From an uncultured bacterium (lineage in GTDB: Bacteria > Chloroflexota > UBA5177 > JANWHV01), in the NCBI GenBank assembly GCA_963827235.1, contig CAWHAE010000010.1, positions 640,001 through 704,000 of the forward strand: 64,000 nucleotides of DNA, written 5' to 3'. Position numbers and translations under genes: made by a program. The notes under the pieces are model-generated. The model saw nothing but the letters and a program-made list of their open reading frames with translations, did not search any database and was not told the origin of the DNA. Positions 58,247 through 64,000 of the stretch are shown here, piece by piece. Numbering within the stretch: position 1 is the stretch's first letter; each line of letters begins with the position of its first letter.

Positions 58247-59587
58247 ATGCACCTCACGCGCCTGTCCCGTCTTGCACTGCTGCCTGCGTTGCTCACTTTC
58301 AGCATTGGCGCTGCCTCCGCTCACACGCGGCAGACCAGCGCTCCGGCGCTGCAGGTGTACTTCGAGGGTACGGCCGCGGCATTTGCCGGCCAGCCGTCCA
58401 CGGATCGTCAGATCGTGGCCGATTTTGTCCACGATACCGGTCAGCCGGCACAGGCAGTGCCGAGCCAGGACCCGGTCAAGATACTGGCGTCGATCGAGTC
58501 CGGAAACGCGCCCGATCTGGTGATGCTAGGTTATGTGCGCTCGGATTGGCTGCAGCAAGGCGCCGTAGTGCCACTCGATAGCTATATGAAGGCCAGCCAC
58601 TTCGATCTCAGCAAGTTCACGGACGCTGCGTGGAACCAGGGCTACCTCAACGGCCACTACTATACGATGACGGCGGAACAGGATGCCATAGTCCTGTTCT
58701 ATAATAAGGATCTCTTCAAGCAGGCTGGGCTGGACCCCAACAAGCCGCCCCAGACGCTATCGGAACTGCTGCAGGATGCCAAGAAGCTGACCCTCTACAA
58801 TCAGGATGGCAGCATCAAGCAGCTCGGCCTGTTGCCGAATGGCAGCATCAACGGTGGCGGCGCCGACTTCTTCCAGCTTTGGGGCAATGTCTTCGGCGGC
58901 AGCTGGTATGACTCCGCCCATAAGAAGATCACCGCCACCGATCCCGCGAATATCCAAGGTCTGACGTGGCTCGCCAACTTCTGGAACCAATATGGGCCGT
59001 CCAAGCTGGATCGTTTCGAGTCGGGGTTTGGCACTTATCTGGGGCCGACCGATCCGTTCGTGCAGGGTAAGATCGCCATGCTCATCGACGGCGACTGGTG
59101 GCCGACGGACCTGCCAAAGGGCAGCCGTCTCACCCTCAACAACCTCGGCGGCACCTATATTCCCTATCCGGATGGCATGCAGAAGCAGGGTCACATCTCG
59201 GCGGTATACGGCGATGTGATGCTGATCCCCAAGGGATCGCGGCACCCCGACCTGGCCTGGAAATTCATCAACTGGTACATGCACAGCGAGCGCGAACAGC
59301 TCAACTTGCCTCAGACCCTAACCGGCTACCCGTTGCTGAAGTCTGCGCTGGCCAAGCCCCTGACCGGCACATTCGGAGCGGTCCCCCTCGTTAGGTACAT
59401 CGAGCAGGTGCTGCTCAATGTACACGGGGTGCCGAATCCGCTGGTGATGCCGATCACCGCGAAGTATCTGAAGAACCTCGATTTCGACGCCAATCGCGCA
59501 CTCCACGGACAGGAGTCGGCGGCGCAGGCCCTGGCTCATGTGCAACAATTGACCCAGTCTGAGCTCGATCAGACTCTGCAACAATAG
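58247..59587 (+). CDS. Carbohydrate ABC transporter substrate-binding protein (CUT1)
   Basis: Signal peptide; LFYNKDLFKQAGLDPNKPPQT and FVQGKIAMLIDGDW motifs. Confidence 0.93.
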   Translation: MHLTRLSRLALLPALLTFSIGAASAHTRQTSAPALQVYFEGTAAAFAGQPSTDRQIVADFVHDTGQPAQAVPSQDPVKILASIESGNAPDLVMLGYVRSDWLQQGAVVPLDSYMKASHFDLSKFTDAAWNQGYLNGHYYTMTAEQDAIVLFYNKDLFKQAGLDPNKPPQTLSELLQDAKKLTLYNQDGSIKQLGLLPNGSINGGGADFFQLWGNVFGGSWYDSAHKKITATDPANIQGLTWLANFWNQYGPSKLDRFESGFGTYLGPTDPFVQGKIAMLIDGDWWPTDLPKGSRLTLNNLGGTYIPYPDGMQKQGHISAVYGDVMLIPKGSRHPDLAWKFINWYMHSEREQLNLPQTLTGYPLLKSALAKPLTGTFGAVPLVRYIEQVLLNVHGVPNPLVMPITAKYLKNLDFDANRALHGQESAAQALAHVQQLTQSELDQTLQQ

Positions 59588-59599
59588 TCCGACAGTTGG

Positions 59600-59637
59600 C
59601 AGCCGGGACGTGAACGGACACGCTCGCGTCCCGGCTG
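59600..59637 (+). terminator. Strong stem-loop after the binding-protein gene (mRNA stabiliser or attenuator)
   Basis: CAGCCGGGACG...CGTCCCGGCTG, 11-bp perfect stem; no U-tract. Confidence 0.65.
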
Positions 59638-59699
59638 GTGGCTCCCCGGACCCGGTTGAGCGGCGTGCCCCAGCGGCACTGGCGGTCTAGAGACGGGGA

Positions 59700-60680
59700 T
59701 TGCGGGTGACACAGAGCACTGACGCGAACGGAAGGGGCACAGGCAGCACTGCCAGAGCTCGGCGCCTCAGCCCCTTCACGCGCCGGGCGATCATTACTGG
59801 AGTTCTCTTTCAACTGCCATGGCTGCTGGGGTTCGCCGTCTTTCTGCTCTATCCCGCGGTGGCATCCTTCTACTACAGCTTCACGCACTATTCTCTCTTG
59901 AGCGCCCCGCGCTGGATCGGTTTCGACAACTATCGCAATCTGTTCAGCGACCAGTTCTTCATCCAGTACGACAGCTGGGACCACTTCTTCCAATCCGCAG
60001 TCGGCAATACGCTCTATTTGATGGTAATTGGCGTGCCAGCCACCACCTTGTTTGCCTTCGTGGTGGCACTGCTGCTCAACTCTGATGTAAAGGGCATTGC
60101 ACTCTGGCGCACCCTGTGCTTCCTGCCAGCCGTGGTGTCGCCCCTCGTGGCCTCGATCCTCTGGGTCTGGGTCTTCAACCCGCAGTTCGGCATTGTCAAC
60201 GCCTTCCTGAGCTTCGTGCATCTACCGCAGCCGGGCTGGCTCAACGATCCCACGTGGTCAAAGCCGACACTCATCTTGCTCAATCTGTGGCAGGTGGGCT
60301 TCTCGATGATCATCTACCTGGCCGCCTTGCAGGGCGTGCCGAAGGAACTGTACGAGGCCGTGGCCATCGACGGTGGCGGCGTCTGGGCGCGGCTACGCTA
60401 CGTTACGATCCCGCTAGTCTCCCCGGTGACCCTGTTCAACGTGATCACCGGAATGATCGCCTCTCTGCAATTCTTCACCCAGGCCTACACTATTGGAGGC
60501 GCTTCCGGGAACCCGCAATCGTCGCTGCTGTTCTATGTCACATACATTTACACCAGTGCGTTCCAGAACTTCGACATGGGCTACGCCTCTGCCATGAGCT
60601 GGCTGCTATTCCTGGTGATCGCTATCTTCACTGGAATTCTGCTTCTTGCCTCCCGCCGGTGGATCTACTATGAGCGATAG
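59700..60680 (+). CDS. Carbohydrate ABC transporter permease
   Basis: WIGFDNY, LAALQGVPKELYEAVAIDGG and DMGYASA motifs. Confidence 0.95.
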   Translation: MRVTQSTDANGRGTGSTARARRLSPFTRRAIITGVLFQLPWLLGFAVFLLYPAVASFYYSFTHYSLLSAPRWIGFDNYRNLFSDQFFIQYDSWDHFFQSAVGNTLYLMVIGVPATTLFAFVVALLLNSDVKGIALWRTLCFLPAVVSPLVASILWVWVFNPQFGIVNAFLSFVHLPQPGWLNDPTWSKPTLILLNLWQVGFSMIIYLAALQGVPKELYEAVAIDGGGVWARLRYVTIPLVSPVTLFNVITGMIASLQFFTQAYTIGGASGNPQSSLLFYVTYIYTSAFQNFDMGYASAMSWLLFLVIAIFTGILLLASRRWIYYER

Positions 60681-60692
60681 ACAGGTGCGATC

Positions 60693-61568
60693 ATGGCCGT
60701 AACGGCGCGCTCGACTCTGCATCGGCGTGCCGTAGCGCGCCGGTACCTACAGGAGATCTTTGCCTCCCTGGGCGTGGCACTTGTGGTGGTGGTGTTCGTG
60801 GCTCCATTCTTGTGGATGATCATCACTTCGCTCAAGAGCCCCGAAGACATCATGGCCCATCCGCTCAGCTGGCTGCCTCAAGGCATCTATTTGCAGAACT
60901 ATTCCCAGGCTCTGCAGATCATTCCGTACATGCAGTATCTGGGCAACACGCTGCTGATCTGCGCTCTCAATGTGGTGGGCACAGTTATATCATGCTCTCT
61001 GGCAGCCTACTCCCTGGCCTGTGTACGCTTCCCGGGCCGCGGCATCCTATTTGGCCTGGTGTTGAGCACCATGATGCTGCCCTACCCGGTCACGATTATC
61101 CCGCTTTATCTGATCTTCCGCGACCTCGGCTGGCTCACGCTCGCCAGCGGCTATCTGCCGCTCGTCGTACCTGCATTCTTCGGCGCACCGTTCTTCATCT
61201 TCCTGCTGCGTCAGTTCTTCGCCAGTATTCCGGTGGAGCTGTCGGAGGCGGCCAAAGCAGACGGCGCTTCTGAACTGCGTATCTTCGCCCAGATCATCAT
61301 GCCCCTTGCTCGTCCTGCGCTGGCTACCACGGCAATGCTCACTTTCCTCTATACGTATACGGACTTCCTGAACCCGCTGATCTACATTAGCGATCCCAAC
61401 CGCTTTACACTCTCGCTGGGACTGCTAGGCTACTTTAACCAGCGTGGTGCTTCGTGGGGCCCCCTGATGGCCGCCTCCTTCATGTTTGCCATTCCAACCG
61501 GCGTACTCTTCCTCATTGCTCAGCGGACGTTCATCCAGGGCATCGCCACGAGCGGCCTGAAAGGGTGA
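60693..61568 (+). CDS. Carbohydrate ABC transporter permease
   Basis: FLLRQFFASIPVELSEAAKADGAS and QRTFIQGI motifs. Confidence 0.95.
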   Translation: MAVTARSTLHRRAVARRYLQEIFASLGVALVVVVFVAPFLWMIITSLKSPEDIMAHPLSWLPQGIYLQNYSQALQIIPYMQYLGNTLLICALNVVGTVISCSLAAYSLACVRFPGRGILFGLVLSTMMLPYPVTIIPLYLIFRDLGWLTLASGYLPLVVPAFFGAPFFIFLLRQFFASIPVELSEAAKADGASELRIFAQIIMPLARPALATTAMLTFLYTYTDFLNPLIYISDPNRFTLSLGLLGYFNQRGASWGPLMAASFMFAIPTGVLFLIAQRTFIQGIATSGLKG

Positions 61569-61919
61569 TCGGACGCCGATCCTTGAGCGCGGCCAGGGTG
61601 GCATCGCTGGGTATCGGTCGCGACAAGGTTCGCTGGGTATCCCAGCAGCGGTGAACCGCGCTCCACCGGTAATTTCGCACAAGCGGATCGACGCGCTCGC
61701 CTGTTCGCCGGATCACGGGCGAGGCCTCGGCCGGGTAGACCGACGGGTCGGCTGACGCCCCCGGCCGGCCTGGCTTCTGTCCGATCTCCGGCCAGGCGAC
61801 GCACCAGCAAGGGCCGATCTGCCCTTCCATTGCTCTACCGCATCCTCTATGATCAGGCTGCTTTACCTGGGTTGCAGGCTGCGCAGCCTTTGACTAGAAA
61901 CGGATAGGGCCGCGACCGC

Positions 61920-63644
61920 GTGAGGAAGGACCCGCTCCCGTCGCTCTGCCCCCGGCGCAAGGCAACAGCGGCTGCCGTTGGACTCGGCGTTCTCGGCAGC
62001 GGTTTGTTGATCCTCCAGTTTGCATTCCTCAGCCGGGTGGTCACCCGTGTGTTCCAGGACCACGCCGACCTGGCCGGGGTTGCCGCTCCACTGGCTCTGC
62101 TCGCCATCACGGTCGTGCTGCGCTCGGCCGCGGCATGGCTGGGTGAGGTGGCGGCCAATCACGGCGCCGCGCAGACCAAGGCCGCTCTGCGCCGCGCGCT
62201 CTTCGCGCACCTTGCCGAGCTCGGCCCGGCCTACGCCTCGGGCGAGCGGACCGGTGAGCTGGCCAGCGCAGCCATCGATGGCGTCGAGCGCCTGGATCCC
62301 TACCTGGTGCGCTACCTGCCTCAGCGCTATCTGAGCGGCATCGTGCCGCTGCTGATCGGCTGCTCCGTGCTCAGCCGCGATCTGCTAAGCGGCATCATTC
62401 TGCTGGCCACGGCGCCGATCCTGCCCCTGCTCATGGCGCTGGTCGGCAGCTATGCCGGGGACCACATGCGGGCGCAGTGGGTGAGCCTGGGCCGGCTCAA
62501 CGCGCACCTGCTGGATGCCCTGCACGGGCTGCCCACGCTCAAGCTGTTCGGGCGCGGCGAGGCCGAAATCGACCGCGTGGCGGAAGTGAGCGCCGACTTC
62601 CGTGAGCGCACGCTCAAGGTGCTGCGCTACGCCTTCCTGAACAGCCTTGTCCTGGAGTTCATGGCCACCGCGTCCATCGCCGTGGTGGCGGTCGAACTCG
62701 GCACGCGCCTGCTTACCGGTGGCATCGCCTTCCAGACGGCATTCTGGATCCTCCTGCTGGCGCCGGAGTTCTATCGCCCACTGCGAGACCTGGGCACGCA
62801 GCGGCACGCCGCCATGGAGAGCCGCACTGCCGGCGAACGGATCGCCGCGCTACTCGCCCTCCAGGCGCCTCGCAGGCACCTGGGCACACCGGTGGCGCCG
62901 CCCCGGGCGCCGCTCACCGTCACGCTCCAGGACGTGGGTTTCAGCTACCCCAACGGCGTGCGGGCGCTCGAGGGCGTCGACCTCACGCTGGCGCCGGGCA
63001 CGCGCACCGCCGTGGTGGGCAGAACTGGCGCCGGCAAGAGCACGCTGGTCAACCTCCTGCTGGCCTATATGGAGCCCTGCGCGGGCTCGATCTTGGTGAA
63101 CGGCCGCCGGTTGGACGAGATGGCGGCCGATGCCTGGCGTGCGCGCGTCGCTCTGGTGCCGCAGCGGCCCTACCTGTTCGCCGGCACGGTGCGCGACAAC
63201 ATCCGCCTGGCCCGGCCCGATGCGGGCGACCAGGATGTCGCGCGCGCCGCCGAGCTGGCAGGTGCCGCCGAGTTCATCGCCGATCTGCCCCTAGGTTACG
63301 ACACGCCGATGGGCGAGCGGGGCTTCCGGCTCAGCGGCGGGCAGGCCCAGCGCGTGGCGCTGGCCCGCGCCTTCCTCAAGGACGCGCCATTGCTCATCCT
63401 GGACGAGCCCACCGCTCACCTGGACCCGGAGAGCGAGGCGCTTATTCGCCGCGCCCTGGACCGCCTGGTACAGGGACGGACCGTGCTGATCGTGGCGCAC
63501 CGCCTGAGCACCGTACACACGGCGGACCAGATTGCAGTGCTGGCAGGCGGCCACCTCGTGGAGTCGGGCCGCCACGGTCTGCTGCTGGCCCGCCGGGGAG
63601 CCTACTTCGACCTGGTGCACGGAGCACTGGAGCGATCGGCATGA
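61920..63644 (+). CDS. cydD: Thiol-reductant ABC exporter subunit CydD
   Basis: YLPQ, TAPILPLLMALVG, GLPTLKLFGR, LLLAPEFYRPLRDLG and ABC motifs. Start uncertain. Confidence 0.92.
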   Translation: MRKDPLPSLCPRRKATAAAVGLGVLGSGLLILQFAFLSRVVTRVFQDHADLAGVAAPLALLAITVVLRSAAAWLGEVAANHGAAQTKAALRRALFAHLAELGPAYASGERTGELASAAIDGVERLDPYLVRYLPQRYLSGIVPLLIGCSVLSRDLLSGIILLATAPILPLLMALVGSYAGDHMRAQWVSLGRLNAHLLDALHGLPTLKLFGRGEAEIDRVAEVSADFRERTLKVLRYAFLNSLVLEFMATASIAVVAVELGTRLLTGGIAFQTAFWILLLAPEFYRPLRDLGTQRHAAMESRTAGERIAALLALQAPRRHLGTPVAPPRAPLTVTLQDVGFSYPNGVRALEGVDLTLAPGTRTAVVGRTGAGKSTLVNLLLAYMEPCAGSILVNGRRLDEMAADAWRARVALVPQRPYLFAGTVRDNIRLARPDAGDQDVARAAELAGAAEFIADLPLGYDTPMGERGFRLSGGQAQRVALARAFLKDAPLLILDEPTAHLDPESEALIRRALDRLVQGRTVLIVAHRLSTVHTADQIAVLAGGHLVESGRHGLLLARRGAYFDLVHGALERSA

Positions 63645-64000
63645 ACCGCCGCCTCCTCCGGCTGCTCCGGCCGTACCGCGGCCGAGTGCTGCTTGCCGTG
63701 TTGCTCGGCACCATCACCGTGGCCGGCAACATGGGTCAGCTCGGCACGGCCGCCTACCTGCTCGCCGCAGCGTCGCGCCACCCGCTCTGGATCACGCTCA
63801 CGATACCGCTGTACGTCGTGCAGTCCGCCGGGCTCGTGCGTGCGCTGGCGCGCTACGCCGAGCGCCTGGTCTCGCATGATCTGACCTTCCGCCTGCTGGC
63901 ATCCGTGCGCACGGCCTTCTTCGCCAAGCTGCTGCCCCTGGCGCCGGGCCGCCTGCAGAGTCTGCGCAGCGGCGACGTGCTGGCCAGGCTCTCCGGCGAC
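63641..64000 (+). CDS. cydC: Thiol-reductant ABC exporter subunit CydC (5' part)
   Basis: MNRRLLRLLRPYRGR...RALARYAERLVSHDLTFRLLASVR...LRSGDVLARL. Confidence 0.9.
   Translation, partial: MNRRLLRLLRPYRGRVLLAVLLGTITVAGNMGQLGTAAYLLAAASRHPLWITLTIPLYVVQSAGLVRALARYAERLVSHDLTFRLLASVRTAFFAKLLPLAPGRLQSLRSGDVLARLSGD

Noticed and set aside
61570-61920. Rex operator upstream of cydDC
   Set aside because: Only a half-site-like TTCGCACAA is present; no TTGTGAA-N4-TTCACAA palindrome.

Overview
High-GC bacterial chromosomal window, most likely from a motile Chloroflexota. Evidence for that assignment: a Chloroflexota-type GxPISE...QYF...RLEYHPE repeat fragment, a Gram-positive-type LexA box and a sigma28 promoter in front of an MCP. 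Layout: (1) 1-8.8 kb is a repeat-rich accessory zone with Uma2, an EspR-like HTH, a nucleotidyltransferase toxin-antitoxin pair, an MCP and XisI. It holds two paralogous sites with the same left and right arms but different cargo genes. (2) 8.9-38.1 kb is a large surface-glycan/glycoprotein locus: UDP-sugar dehydrogenase, GT4/GT2 enzymes, flippase, DUF1616, a GT-C-like membrane protein, a small Thr-rich membrane protein, DUF4012, a CPBP protease, a secreted Gly/Cys-rich protein and a DUF2723-DUF4185 fusion. It has a duplicated 100-bp promoter and three single-base gene lesions. (3) 38.4-47.3 kb has an ABC importer, GDPD-like and TIM-barrel enzymes and a membrane protein. (4) 47.7-52.8 kb has Uma2, a soluble MCP and a patchwork of gene fragments (mazF, Tn3, histidine kinase). 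(5) 52.8-61.6 kb is a GntR-regulated sugar uptake/catabolism locus with two NagB-like paralogues. (6) cydD and the start of cydC close the window. No rRNA, tRNA or CRISPR array was seen. All family calls come from motif recognition by eye, not from database searches.
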